This document shows positions 12,848 through 22,969 of a stretch of 64,000 nt of DNA, piece by piece (the stretch's first letter is position 1; the number at the start of each line of letters is the position of its first letter). A model generated the notes under the pieces. The model saw only the letters and a program-made list of their open reading frames with translations, made no database searches and was not told the origin of the DNA. The stretch covers positions 680,296-744,295 of the forward strand of contig CAVZEF010000005.1 in assembly GCA_963774325.1 (NCBI GenBank), written 5' to 3'. The stretch comes from an uncultured Pseudomonadota bacterium. Lineage in GTDB: Bacteria; Myxococcota_A; Polyangia; Fen-1088. Made by a program: the position numbers and the translations under genes.

Positions 12848-14608
12848 CTAGTCGGCGGGCCGCGCGCCGCCGCCGCCCAGCATCGCGTCGCGCAGCAGCC
12901 CGATCGGAGGGCCGCCACGGCTGAGCAGGTCGTCGTGGAACGCCTTCCAGGCGGCCGGCGCGCTGCCGCCGTGGATCTTCATCCAGTCGTCGCGCATCTG
13001 CCGGATCGTCAGCTTGCCCAGCGTGTAGTTGAGGTACGCGGGATCGAACGTGCCGCGCGCCGCCTGCTGGTGCGCGGTCGGCTCCGACTGCAGGCCCTGC
13101 TCGCGGAACAGCTGCTCGGCCTCCGCCAGCGTCATCCCGCGCGCGTGCATCCCGATCGATGCCAGGAAACGCGCGTCGCGCAGCAACGCCTCCGAGATCT
13201 GGCCGATGTGGGTCTCGGGATCGCCGTGGTGCAGGCCAGCTTCCCACATCATCTCCTCGGCGTAGTGCGCCCAGCCTTCGGCGAAGGCGTAACCGACGAA
13301 CACGCGGCCGAAGAGGTCCGGCGATCGATTGGAGTGCAGGAACTGGAGGAAGTGCCCGGGCCAGACCTCGTGAACACTGGTGAAGAGCAGCTCGGCCATG
13401 CCCGGCAAATAGTCGGCCTTCTGCTTCTCGCTCCACGACGGATCGGGCGGCGCGACGTAGTAGACCGAGGGCAGGCCGTGCTCGTACGGCCCTGGTGGAT
13501 CGATGTACGCGAAGTTCCAGCGCATGTACGGCGGCGACTCGCGCACCTCGGCCTGCTCGTCACCGGGGATCGACACCAGGCCTTTCTCGAGGACGAACGC
13601 CTTCAGGCCGGCGAGCTGGGCGCGCGCGGCGTCGACGCTGCCTTGCGTGGCCTTGTGCGCGTTCATTTTTTCGGTGCACTCGCGCACGCTCTTTCCCGGC
13701 GCGTAGCGCGCGCACGCCTGCTCCAGCGCTTTCCGGTTGCGCGCCAGGTCGGCGCGCCCCATCGCCTCCGCCTGGTCGACGGTCAGGTTGACCCGCTCGG
13801 TCATCCACAACATCTTCTGATAGCGCTCGGGGCCGAGCGCGAAGCTGCCGGCGGCGCTGGCCTTCTGCGTGTCGAACCAGGCGCCCATGTCGCGGAAAGC
13901 GGCGGCGGCGCGCGTGCGCGCGCTGTCGAACGGCGCGCGCAGCTCGGGGTCGGTCACCGCGGCGAACGCCTGGGGCACGTCCTTCTCGAGATAGGTCGCC
14001 AGGCCTCCGAAGCGGACCTTCCCGATCTCGGCGAGCGGCAGCGGCATCGGCGTCTGCAGCGTCGCGCGGATCTGGGCGAGCGCCGCGGGCGCGGCGCTCG
14101 CCCACGCCGTCAGCGCCTTCATGCGCTCCGGCAGCGGCGCGTACGGGCGCGCGATGTAGACGTTGGGATCCAGCGCGTCCCCGTAGAAGGCCGGGTTGGT
14201 CCAGGGAAAGCGCGCCTCTTCCATCCAGAAGAGATCCCGGTCGACGATCGCCAGCAGGTAGTCGCGCTGGAACCGCCGGCGCGGATCGAGCGTCGCGGCC
14301 TCGAACGCCGAGGCCTGCGTGTGCTCGCGGTGCAAACGCGCGATCTCGGCCCGCGCGCCGGCGGCGCTCCAGTCGGGGAACTGCCCGTCGTAGTCGTGCT
14401 TGCCCTGAAAGACGGCGAACGTCGGGTTGGCGCGGAAATAGTCGTCGAGAAAGCCCTGGACGTAGGCGTCCCAATCCTCCGGCCTGGGGGGCGAAGTGAC
14501 AGCCGGCTGGCTGTCGGACTGGCTACCGGACTTTGTACCGGATTTGCAACCAAGGACGGCGAGCGACAGCGCGAGGGCGGTCGCGAGGGGGGCGCGGGAG
14601 CGGGTCAT
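12848..14608 (-). CDS. DUF885-family lipoprotein (putative metallopeptidase-like)
   Basis: Lipobox LAVLGC, HEVWPGHFLQ, FAEGWAHYAE, YLNYTLGKL. Confidence 0.85.
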   Translation of the reverse strand: MTRSRAPLATALALSLAVLGCKSGTKSGSQSDSQPAVTSPPRPEDWDAYVQGFLDDYFRANPTFAVFQGKHDYDGQFPDWSAAGARAEIARLHREHTQASAFEAATLDPRRRFQRDYLLAIVDRDLFWMEEARFPWTNPAFYGDALDPNVYIARPYAPLPERMKALTAWASAAPAALAQIRATLQTPMPLPLAEIGKVRFGGLATYLEKDVPQAFAAVTDPELRAPFDSARTRAAAAFRDMGAWFDTQKASAAGSFALGPERYQKMLWMTERVNLTVDQAEAMGRADLARNRKALEQACARYAPGKSVRECTEKMNAHKATQGSVDAARAQLAGLKAFVLEKGLVSIPGDEQAEVRESPPYMRWNFAYIDPPGPYEHGLPSVYYVAPPDPSWSEKQKADYLPGMAELLFTSVHEVWPGHFLQFLHSNRSPDLFGRVFVGYAFAEGWAHYAEEMMWEAGLHHGDPETHIGQISEALLRDARFLASIGMHARGMTLAEAEQLFREQGLQSEPTAHQQAARGTFDPAYLNYTLGKLTIRQMRDDWMKIHGGSAPAAWKAFHDDLLSRGGPPIGLLRDAMLGGGGARPAD

Positions 14609-14670
14609 CGACGGGACGCTATCGTCCCGGTATCGTGGGAGCAAGCCCGCGGTCGCGCGCGCCCCCGCTC

Positions 14671-16032
14671 ATGAGCTTGCGACTCTACTCGTGGTTGCGC
14701 ATGTTCCTCCGCCTGGTGGTCGGCGTGTTCTTCCGCCAGGTCGAGGTCGTGGGCCTCGAGCACGTGCCCGAGAGCGGGCCGGTGATCTTCGCGGGCAACC
14801 ACCCCAACTCGCTGATCGACCCGCTGCTGATCGTCGTGTCGTGCGGGCGCGTGGTGCGTTTCGCGGCCAAGGATGTCCTCTTCCGCAGCCCGTTCCTGCG
14901 GCCGGTGCTGCGTGCGCTGGGCGCGGTGCCGATCGCTCGCCGTTCGGATCACCCGGACGCGCGCGACGCGGCCGCGCACAACGAGGTCGCGTTCGACACG
15001 CTGATCGAAGTGCTCGCCGGCGGTGGCACGATCGGCATCTTTCCCGAGGGTCTCTCGCACGACGCTCCCCAGCTGGCGCGGCTCAAGACCGGCGCGGCGC
15101 GCATCGCTGCCGGCGTCTGCCAGCGCCACCCGGAGCAGGCGGTCTCGATCGTTCCCTGCGGCCTCACCTACATGCAGCGCCGGCGCTTTCGCAGCCGCGT
15201 GCTGCTGCAATTCGGCGCGCCGCTGGTGGTCGACGCCGCGCGGGCGGCTGCCGCCGACGCGATCTCCGCCGTGACCGCCGACCTCGATCGAGGATTGCGC
15301 GCGCTCACGGTGAACGCGGCCGACTGGGAGACCCTGCGCGTGCTCGATGGGTTCCGTCGTCTCTACCAGCCGCCGCAGATCTCGATCCACGACCGCGTCG
15401 AGCTCGCGCGCCGGTTCAACGCCGAGTATCCGCGCGTGCGCGACGAGCCCGAGATCAGGGCGCTCTACGCGCGGGTCGCGGCGTATCTGGATCGGCTCGA
15501 CGCCGCGGGCGTGACCGATCGCGATCTGCGGCGCACGCTCTCGCGCGGCGAGGCGCTGGCCCGGATCGCGCGCCACCTGCTGCTGATTGTCGTCTGGCTG
15601 CCGCTGGCGCTGCCCGGCGCGATCCTGCACGCGCCGGCCGGGGTGCTGGCGCGGCTGGCGGCGCCGGTGCTGACGCCGCGAAAGGACGTGCTCGCGGCGA
15701 CGAAGCTGCTGGCGGGGTTGCTCATGGTCATGGCGTCGTACGCGGCCGGCATCGCCTGGCTCGGGTGGCACGCCGGTGCCGGCGCGGCGCTGCTGGCGCT
15801 GATCGCGCTGCCGATCACGGGCTACGCCACGCTGCAGGTCTTCGACCGCGGCGCCTCGCTCCGGCGCGGCCTGTCGACGCTGGTGCGGCTCTTCTCGTTC
15901 GACCGCGAGATGGCGTCGTTGCGCGCCGAGCGCGCCGAGCTGGAAGCTGCCGTGGTCGCGGCCGTGAATCGGTTTCGTCCCGCCGACATGGTCTTGCTCT
16001 TTCCGCGCGATCCGGAGTCCACGTCGCGATGA
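14671..16032 (+). CDS. Lysophospholipid/glycerol-3-phosphate acyltransferase (PlsC family) with C-terminal TM region
   Basis: GNHPNSLID, FAAK, IFPEG, LKTGAARIA. Confidence 0.88.
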   Translation: MSLRLYSWLRMFLRLVVGVFFRQVEVVGLEHVPESGPVIFAGNHPNSLIDPLLIVVSCGRVVRFAAKDVLFRSPFLRPVLRALGAVPIARRSDHPDARDAAAHNEVAFDTLIEVLAGGGTIGIFPEGLSHDAPQLARLKTGAARIAAGVCQRHPEQAVSIVPCGLTYMQRRRFRSRVLLQFGAPLVVDAARAAAADAISAVTADLDRGLRALTVNAADWETLRVLDGFRRLYQPPQISIHDRVELARRFNAEYPRVRDEPEIRALYARVAAYLDRLDAAGVTDRDLRRTLSRGEALARIARHLLLIVVWLPLALPGAILHAPAGVLARLAAPVLTPRKDVLAATKLLAGLLMVMASYAAGIAWLGWHAGAGAALLALIALPITGYATLQVFDRGASLRRGLSTLVRLFSFDREMASLRAERAELEAAVVAAVNRFRPADMVLLFPRDPESTSR

Positions 16033-16733
16033 GCCTGCCGCCCTCGCGTCCCGTGGTCGTGCTGCTGCACGGCCTCGCGCGCTCGCGCTTCTCGTTGCTC
16101 CGTCTCGGGCGCCACCTCGAGCGCGCCGGCTTCACGACCTGGTCCCGCACCTATCCGTCGCGGCGGCTGTCAATCGCCGCCTCAGCCGACCACATCGCCG
16201 ACGCGCTCGCGCGCGAGCTGCCGGCGGGGCAGCCGCTCGCGGCGGTCACGCACTCGCTCGGTGGGATCGTGCTCCGCCACGTCGCGCTGCGGATCCCGTT
16301 CCAGCGCGTGGTGATGCTGGCGCCGCCCAACCAGGGCAGCCGTCTGTCGCGCGCGCTGCGCGACCGAGCGGTTTACCGCTGGTTCTTTGGCGCCGCGGGC
16401 CAGGAGCTGGCCGCCGCCGCTGCGGCCGCCGATTCGGAGGCCTGGCCGTCGCTGCCGCCGTCGACCGTGGTGCTCGCGGGGACGCGCGCGCCGCGCGGGT
16501 GGAATCCTGTCGGGTGGATCGGCCGCCGCGCGCGAGTCTTCGCGCCCGGCGAGCCCAACGACGGCACGCTCGCCGTCGCCGAGACCCAGATCGCCGGCAT
16601 GGCGGCGTTCGCCACCGTCGACGCGGGCCACAGCGGGATCATGAACCACCCCGCGACGCGCGCGCTGGTGGTGCGCTTCCTCGACGCCGGTACGCTCGAT
16701 TTGGCCGCGGAGCCGATCACGGGCCGGGCGTGA
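16029..16733 (+). CDS. Alpha/beta hydrolase (lipase/esterase-like)
   Basis: VVLLHGLAR, THSLGG nucleophile motif, MLAPPNQGS, NDGT, H; ATGA overlap with the acyltransferase. Confidence 0.88.
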   Translation: MSLPPSRPVVVLLHGLARSRFSLLRLGRHLERAGFTTWSRTYPSRRLSIAASADHIADALARELPAGQPLAAVTHSLGGIVLRHVALRIPFQRVVMLAPPNQGSRLSRALRDRAVYRWFFGAAGQELAAAAAAADSEAWPSLPPSTVVLAGTRAPRGWNPVGWIGRRARVFAPGEPNDGTLAVAETQIAGMAAFATVDAGHSGIMNHPATRALVVRFLDAGTLDLAAEPITGRA

Positions 16734-16760
16734 CGCGACCGGGGACGCAACGGAACGCGT

Positions 16761-17529
16761 CTATTGCAGTGTCGGCAAGTCGGCGGGGAACGGCTGCTCG
16801 ACGGGCATGTCCTGATCGAACAGCGATTGCAGCAGCGCGCACCGATCGGGCTCGGCTTTCGGGTCGCAGATGGCGAGCTCGTTCGCCAGCGAGGCGATGC
16901 TGACCGCGTAGCTGTCGAGCGGGCGCAGCGCCACCGACGTGAACGCCGTCGCGAAGGAGATGTCGGGGTCGGGCTGCCTCCACCGGGTGACAGAACCCGC
17001 AACGCGTGACGGTGGGCGAGAACAGGATGCGCTGGAACGGGATCGCCGGGTCGAGCGGCGTCGTCACCGGGAACAGGATCTCGGCCTTGAGTGAGCGCGA
17101 TTCGTCGCGGATCTCTCCCAGCTCCAGCAGCGGGCTGCCCGCGCCGGCCGGCACGATCGACAGGCGCAGCCCGTCGAAGAACAGGAAGATGCGCGGGCTG
17201 CGCGGGCCGACCGAGGGCTGCGCGCTGATCAGGCTCACCGAGGCGTGGACCTTGAGCGGCCGCGCCAGCGCCTGCATGAAGCAGGGCAGGGTGACCGGGC
17301 TCGGCAACGCGTCGACGAGCGCGAGCACATCGGCGATGGACTGGGGTGACGTCGGTGCGCCTTCGGGCGCGACGCAGCGAGCCGTCGGGCCGATGCCGGC
17401 GTCGCTGGGCTTCTGGGAGCCGCCGCTCATGCAACCGGATGAGCTGGCCGCGAGCGCGGACGCCAGGCCGAGCCCGACGAGGCCGCGCGCGATGCGCGTC
17501 CAGCTGGTTTTGATGGGGGCGTACCACAT
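16761..17529 (-). CDS. Hypothetical lipoprotein with one CxxCH motif (frameshift near 16975)
   Basis: Hydrophobic signal ending SSGC, RCGFCH, continuing in another frame to ...PFPADLPTLQ-stop. Confidence 0.6.
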
Positions 17530-17658
17530 TCCCGGTGCTGCGAGGCGGTTCACAGCATGTCCCATGCCGGCCCGTCAGGCGAGACATTAGAGCGCGCTGG
17601 TGCTATCCAGGTTACGCAGAATCGCCGGTGCGCTCGTGGCCGCGCGTTGCCGAAATCC

Positions 17659-18297
17659 ATGCCTTTCTTCGATCCCCAGCCGGTTCCGTCGGGCGGCCTG
17701 CACGCCGCCGCCACCGAGCGCAATCGCGAGCCGATTCTCGACGTGCTGCGCCGCGTGTTGCCGCCGGCGGGGCTGGTGCTGGAGATCGCGAGCGGGACCG
17801 GCCAGCACGTGGCGTTCTTCGCGCGCGCGTTGCCGGCGCTGCGCTGGCAGCCGTCGGATCCGTCGCCGCCTCATCGGGACAGCGTGCGCGCGTGGGCAGG
17901 CGCGTTCTCCGTCGACAACGTCGCCGGCCCGGCGGCGCTGGATGTCGAGACCTGGCCCTGGCCCATCACGCGCGCCGACGCGATCGTCAACATCAACATG
18001 ATCCACATCGCGCCCTGGTCGGCGGCGGTCGCGCTGTTCCAGGGCGCGTCGCGCGTGCTGCCGGCGGGCGGTGTGCTCTTTCTCTACGGGCCGTTCAGGC
18101 GCGGCGGCGCTCACACAGCCGAGAGCAACCAGCGTTTCGACGAGCGCCTGCGCGGCGAGGACCCGCGCTGGGGCGTGCGCAACCTCGAGGACGTCGAGGC
18201 GGCCGCGGCGGCGGCGGGCTTCGACGCGCCCGAGATCGTCGTCATGCCGGCGAACAACCTGTCGCTGGTGTTCCGTCGCGGCGCGGGCGAGCGCTAG
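17659..18297 (+). CDS. DUF938-family SAM-dependent methyltransferase
   Basis: AATERNREPIL, LEIASGTGQH, WQPSD, NMIHI, LYGPF, SNQRFD, MPANN. Confidence 0.9.
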   Translation: MPFFDPQPVPSGGLHAAATERNREPILDVLRRVLPPAGLVLEIASGTGQHVAFFARALPALRWQPSDPSPPHRDSVRAWAGAFSVDNVAGPAALDVETWPWPITRADAIVNINMIHIAPWSAAVALFQGASRVLPAGGVLFLYGPFRRGGAHTAESNQRFDERLRGEDPRWGVRNLEDVEAAAAAAGFDAPEIVVMPANNLSLVFRRGAGER

Positions 18298-18381
18298 AGT
18301 CAATGCACGTCAGGTAACCGCCAAGACGCCGCAGACGCCACGTCCGGAACTCTGAGGTCTCCTCCGAAGGTCCGAGGATCT

Positions 18382-18780
18382 TCATCCGTCCGGCAGCGCG
18401 CAACGCTGCTGCACAATCTCGCCCGCGCGGCGGCAGCGCAGCCGGGCATCGGCGCAGCCATCGGCGATCGGATCGCCGGCGGGGTAGCGCGCGGCGATCG
18501 CGCAGATGTGCTCCGCCAGCGTGCAGATGTTGCGCGCGAGCAAGCGGATCCGCGAACAGTCGGGCGCCGCTTCGAGTTGCTCGGTGTCGAGCGCGTGGCT
18601 CTGCCCGTCGAGGACCTCGCGGATCGCGTCGAGCTGCGCGCGATCGGCGGGCGTGGCCGCGGAGGGCGGCCCCGCTGGTTGCGCCGCCGGGGCTTCGCGC
18701 GGCCCGGAGCTGGCGCAACCGACCCCGGCGACGAGCGTCGCGAGCAGCACGATTTGCAGTCGCCGGATGCCGATCGTCAT
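18382..18780 (-). CDS. Small Cys-rich hypothetical lipoprotein
   Basis: Lipobox VAGVGC; helical domain with six further Cys (C..NIC..AEHIC..C..ARLRC..RC). Confidence 0.65.
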   Translation of the reverse strand: MTIGIRRLQIVLLATLVAGVGCASSGPREAPAAQPAGPPSAATPADRAQLDAIREVLDGQSHALDTEQLEAAPDCSRIRLLARNICTLAEHICAIAARYPAGDPIADGCADARLRCRRAGEIVQQRCALPDG

Positions 18781-18875
18781 CGCGGCGACGCGGGCGGGTC
18801 GGTGAAGGTCACGGGCAGGCACGGTGGGGCAGGGCGGCGCGCCGGATGTGCGGTGGCGCGCCGCTCCCGTGCATC

Positions 18876-19097
18876 CTAGTCGTTTCGGCGCGCCAGGGCC
18901 TGGGCCTTTGCCGCCAGGTGCGGGGACGCGCGCAGCGCGAGCCCGAACGCCGCCACCGCGGCCGCGAAGCGGAAGTCGTTCGACATCGCGCCGAGCGCGA
19001 GCCGCGCGTCGCACACCGTCCAGGTCGTGAGACGGCGCTCACCTCCGTCGAGCGCCTTTTAGCGCACCTCGCGCGTGCCGAGCTCGCCTGCGTTCAC
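18876..19097 (-). pseudogene. Relic of a YfbK/DUF3520 (vWA-associated) C-terminal domain
   Basis: GELGTREVR*KALDGG...MSNDFRFAAAVAAFGLALRASPH, with in-frame TAA at 19059-19061 where the family has VRYK. Confidence 0.65.
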
Positions 19098-19103
19098 TCT
19101 GCG

Positions 19104-19571
19104 TCAACCTCCTTCGCCGTCTTCGATCGCGATGGCGTCGATCTCGGCGTTGAGCAGGCAGTCCTCCTCGCTGCGCAGGTCCATGAGCAAGGCGTCGGCG
19201 ACCGCGCGCACATGCTCGATCACGCGCGCCCGCGGCTGCGCCTCCGGTCTCAGCGCCGACATCGCCGACGCCAGCGTCGCGCGCTGCCTCCGGTGCCCGG
19301 CATCGATCTGCGCGTGCAGCATCGATCCGCAGCCGATGACGTCGCTGAGCGCCGTGGCCAGGATGCGCTCCTCGAAGTCCATGTACTCCTCGAAGGCCTG
19401 GTACAGCTCGCGCGCGTGCGCGCACAGCGGCTCGAAATCCCGCTCCGACCGGGTCGCGTCCTCCGCGCAGTGAATGGTCTCGTTGGCTAGCCCACGGAGC
19501 TCGTCGTGGCACGAGAGGATCGCGTCGCGCGCGTCACTCGAGGAGAGCTCTTCCACCGTCGTCGTTCTCAT
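19104..19571 (-). CDS. Hemerythrin/HHE-like four-helix protein
   Basis: ILSCHDELR, YMDFEERIL, AGHRRQR, DLRSEE pattern; SD GAGGTG. Confidence 0.6.
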   Translation of the reverse strand: MRTTTVEELSSSDARDAILSCHDELRGLANETIHCAEDATRSERDFEPLCAHARELYQAFEEYMDFEERILATALSDVIGCGSMLHAQIDAGHRRQRATLASAMSALRPEAQPRARVIEHVRAVADALLMDLRSEEDCLLNAEIDAIAIEDGEGG

Positions 19572-19853
19572 GTCCGCACCTCACCCCCGTGAAATGGTCA
19601 CCGTTCCATTGCGGGCAATGTTAGGACGAGTGGTTGTGGCTCGTCAGCCGCGAAGTAGCTCGTTTACGCAAGTTCCTCGCGCGCGAAACGGTTTCTTGAC
19701 CGAAACGCCGCATTTGTAGGGTTCAAACGAAAAGATCGGGGGCACGTTGTCGGGAATACAACGGGCCCGATTCCGGGAGTCGCCGCGCGAGTCGGGTCGG
19801 TTGCAGGTGCATGTGAGGTCGTCGATCCAGATGTCGCAGCGCCGCCACCAAGC

Positions 19854-21584
19854 CTAGCGCGCGATGAGCCGGCGGGTCATCGCGGGCGAACGGGCGATCT
19901 CGCGCAGCAGCCCGGCGAACGTCTGATCCGGCGCGGCGGCAAAGCGCGCCGTGATGTCGTCCACGGCACAGCTATCCAGCGCGGGCAGCGTCGCCAAGAG
20001 CGCCAAACCGTAGTGCAGGAAGCTCTGCGCGAGGCACGCGACGAAGGTGTGGCTCTGCGCGAGCTTCCTCGACAGGTCGACGCCATCCTTCACCGGTTGA
20101 TTGTCGAACGCCGGTGGCAGTGTCGCCGACGAGTCGACCGGTTGCCCCTGCTCATCCTGCGTGCGCGTGCGCCCGATGATGTCGTAGCCCTCGAGCGCCA
20201 GTCCGTAGGGATCGATGCGTGCGTGGCAGCCGCTGCATTCGGGCAGCGATAGTCGCTGCTCCTCCTGGGCGCGCTGGGTCCAGCCCCCGGTCGCCTTGCC
20301 GATCGCCGCTTCCTCCACCGCGAAGGAGTCGGGCGGCGGCGGGACGATGTCGCACGCTACTTTCGATCCGATCACGATCGCGCGGGCCAGGTCGCTGCCG
20401 ATGTCGGTGCGCGCGCGCGCCGTGATGAACCCCGCGCGCGTGAGCAAGCCGGCCCGCTGTTCGGCGGGCAGCAGGACGCGCACAAAGTCGGTGGTCGTCG
20501 CGCCGGTCGGGACCGGGATGCCGTAGACGATGGTGGCGAGGTCGGTGTTCACGAAGCTGGTCGTCGAGGTCAGCATGTCGCCGAGCTGGCCGTGCCAGAG
20601 CACGTCGTCGAGGAACATCCGCGACTCGGTCACCATCGCGTCCGCCAGCGCCGACGAGTACGCGGGGACATGGAGCGGATCGATCACCACGTTGCCCAAG
20701 AGATTGATCCCCAGATTCGTGGAGACCGCGTCACCGAGGTTGCGTTGCGCGCCGGCGGTCGCCAGCAGCCGGTCGACCTCGGCGGCGATCCCGGCGTCGG
20801 TGGCCAGCGTGCCCTGGTTCGCGGCGTCGAGCAGCGGCGCGTCGGGCGGGGCGTCCGTGAGCATGAACGCGAGCTGGCTCGCCATCTCGTACGACGTCAG
20901 CGCGACGCTCGGCAGTGATGGCGCTGCCGAGGCTGACGACGGATCGCCGAGCTCGGTGCGGTAGAGAAACCCCGGCGCCATCAAGACCGCGTAGACGCCG
21001 TACTGCGCCAGCTCCTGGGCGCTCGACCCGAGCGACAGCAGGTCGGAGATCTCCTGGTTCAGGCTGTCGGTCTCGGCCGGGGCAAGCGGGCGCCGGTAGG
21101 CCCGCTCGGCGAAGGTGCCGAGGTACGCGCGCACGCAATCGACGCCGGCGTCGCAAGCGGTGACGTCGGCGAAGTGGTCGGCGACGTACTGGCCAGAGGC
21201 GGCGGCGATCATTTCTGTCTGCTGGAGGCGGCCATCGAAGATCGTGTCGCCCTCGCGCGTGCTCTCGAGGGGCGGAAAATAAGCCTGCGTCGGCTCGTTC
21301 AGGCCCTGCTGCACGCGAACGAGCGAGGCGAGATCCTGGGACAGCAACGTCCCGAGCGCGTTCGCCGCCTCGAGCAGCGTCAGCCTGACGATGCGCTGGG
21401 GCACGTACGGTTGCACCTGACACGACGTCGGCGGGACCGGCGGCACCGGCGGCATCGTGCCGCCGCCGCCGGGCAGCGGAACGTTGCGGGAGCAAGCGGC
21501 GAGCGCCAGCACGACGGCGGCGATCGCGAAGGCCTGCGCCGCCCTCCCTCCCTTGCCGTTCCCGCCGAGGCGATTCCTGCCCAT
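19854..21584 (-). CDS. DUF1592/DUF1588/DUF1595 (PSD-domain) lipoprotein with a CxxCH motif
   Basis: Lipobox LAAC, RLT, FAERAYRRPL, FLYRTELG, YEMASQL, RAGLLT, CSGCHARIDPYGLALEGYD. Confidence 0.85.
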   Translation of the reverse strand: MGRNRLGGNGKGGRAAQAFAIAAVVLALAACSRNVPLPGGGGTMPPVPPVPPTSCQVQPYVPQRIVRLTLLEAANALGTLLSQDLASLVRVQQGLNEPTQAYFPPLESTREGDTIFDGRLQQTEMIAAASGQYVADHFADVTACDAGVDCVRAYLGTFAERAYRRPLAPAETDSLNQEISDLLSLGSSAQELAQYGVYAVLMAPGFLYRTELGDPSSASAAPSLPSVALTSYEMASQLAFMLTDAPPDAPLLDAANQGTLATDAGIAAEVDRLLATAGAQRNLGDAVSTNLGINLLGNVVIDPLHVPAYSSALADAMVTESRMFLDDVLWHGQLGDMLTSTTSFVNTDLATIVYGIPVPTGATTTDFVRVLLPAEQRAGLLTRAGFITARARTDIGSDLARAIVIGSKVACDIVPPPPDSFAVEEAAIGKATGGWTQRAQEEQRLSLPECSGCHARIDPYGLALEGYDIIGRTRTQDEQGQPVDSSATLPPAFDNQPVKDGVDLSRKLAQSHTFVACLAQSFLHYGLALLATLPALDSCAVDDITARFAAAPDQTFAGLLREIARSPAMTRRLIAR

Positions 21585-21673
21585 GGCCTGTCCGGAAGTG
21601 GCTGGTGGCACCGGGGACGGCGCAGAAATCGAGGGTGCGCCGGGCGCACGCAAGCCGGTGCCTCGTCCTCGCC

Positions 21674-22579
21674 TCACCCGGCGAGCAGCACCTTGCCGCC
21701 GCCGCCGCTCTCGGCCAGCTTCTGCGCCTGCGCGGCCTCGGCGAGCGGAAAGCGCCGCGCGATCGGGATGACCAGCTTGCCGCCTGCGACGGCGCCCGCG
21801 AGCTCGGCGAGGCGCCGGGAGTCGGCGTGCGCCATGATGGCGCGGACGACCAGGCCCCGATCGCGCGCGCCTGTGGGCTCGCCGACGACGCTGCCGATGG
21901 TGCCGCCGGCCTTGAGCTTGCCGAGCAGCCGCTGCGTCACCTCGCCGCCGACGGTGTCGGCGATCGCGTCGAGCGCGGGCAGGCCCGCGATTTCTCCGTC
22001 GTCGTCGAGCGCCACGACCTGGTCGGCGCCCAGCCCCGCCGCCTCCGACCGGTGCTTGGCGCGGACCCCCGCGAGCACGCGCGCGCCCGCGGCCTTGGCC
22101 ACGAACACGGCGACGCGGCCGGTGCTGCCGGTGGCGCCGGTCACCAGGAGCTGGTCCCCGCGCGCGGGCCGGACCGCGTCTTCGACCAGCTGCGCCCCGG
22201 TGAGCAGCACCAGGGGATAGGCGGCGGCGTCGACCAGATCCATCCCGGGCGGCAGCGCCGTCCACGCCTCGGTCGGGCCGACCACGAACTCGGCGTAGGT
22301 GGCGTTGACGCGCCCCATGACCCGCGCGCCGACGGCAAAGCCGGTGACGCCCGCGCCGACGGCGACCACCGTGCCCGACGCGTCCCGTCCGAGGATCGCC
22401 GGCAACTGCAGCGGCATGAACGCGTGGTAGGCGCCGCTGCGGAGCTTCCAGTCGATGGGATTGATGCTGGCGCCGGCCATGCGAACCTTGATCTCGTTCG
22501 GTCCCGCGGTCGGCTCGGGCACGTCGCGCAGCTGGAGCCGGTCGACGTCACCGTAGGCAGTCAAGAGAACGGCTTTCAT
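21674..22579 (-). CDS. NADP-dependent oxidoreductase (zinc-independent MDR/quinone reductase)
   Basis: MKAV..YG, ASINPIDWK, ILGRDASG, LVTGATGSTG, GKVLL. Confidence 0.9.
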   Translation of the reverse strand: MKAVLLTAYGDVDRLQLRDVPEPTAGPNEIKVRMAGASINPIDWKLRSGAYHAFMPLQLPAILGRDASGTVVAVGAGVTGFAVGARVMGRVNATYAEFVVGPTEAWTALPPGMDLVDAAAYPLVLLTGAQLVEDAVRPARGDQLLVTGATGSTGRVAVFVAKAAGARVLAGVRAKHRSEAAGLGADQVVALDDDGEIAGLPALDAIADTVGGEVTQRLLGKLKAGGTIGSVVGEPTGARDRGLVVRAIMAHADSRRLAELAGAVAGGKLVIPIARRFPLAEAAQAQKLAESGGGGKVLLAG

Positions 22580-22969
22580 TTCGATCCTCCTCTCGGAGCT
22601 GGCTCCGAGCCTCCCGGTCTAGCGCATGGCGGCGCGCGGCGCCCGTCGCGCGCGCTCATTCGGGTCACGCACCGATGAGGCGGGCAACGCTTCCGCTTGC
22701 GCCGGCGTCTCACGAGGCGAGAGAGCACAACGGAGCACGCCGGGAGTTGACCCGTTTTTTCGAGCTGGTGCCACTAATAGGCGGGGACGGAGACGACGTG
22801 GGACGGGACAAGAAGCAGGGGGTAGGGGCGCATCGCCAGCGCGGGTGGCGTGGTGTGTGAGGGAGGCGTGGGGCGTTGGGGGAGCCCGGTGATGCGGGGC
22901 GGGACATCGGCGCCGGCGCGGACGTAGATCCGGCGCCGGCGCCGGTGCTCGCTCGTGCGGTGGCGCGGC

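Noticed and set aside
18316-18340. AACCGCCAAGACGCCGCAGACGCCA, resembling one arm of a REP-like repeat between convergent genes
   Set aside because: Short, degenerate and without an inverted partner, so it cannot be supported from this window alone.
22592-22609. Palindrome CTCGGAGC-TG-GCTCCGAG next to the oxidoreductase SD
   Set aside because: It could be an operator, but an 8-bp GC-rich stem is weak evidence and no cognate regulator is evident.
22620-22960. Long intergenic region with a G-rich tract and a GC hairpin at 22908-22944, considered as an ncRNA or terminator
   Set aside because: No U-tract, no recognisable RNA motif and no credible ORF; GC hairpins are common at this composition.
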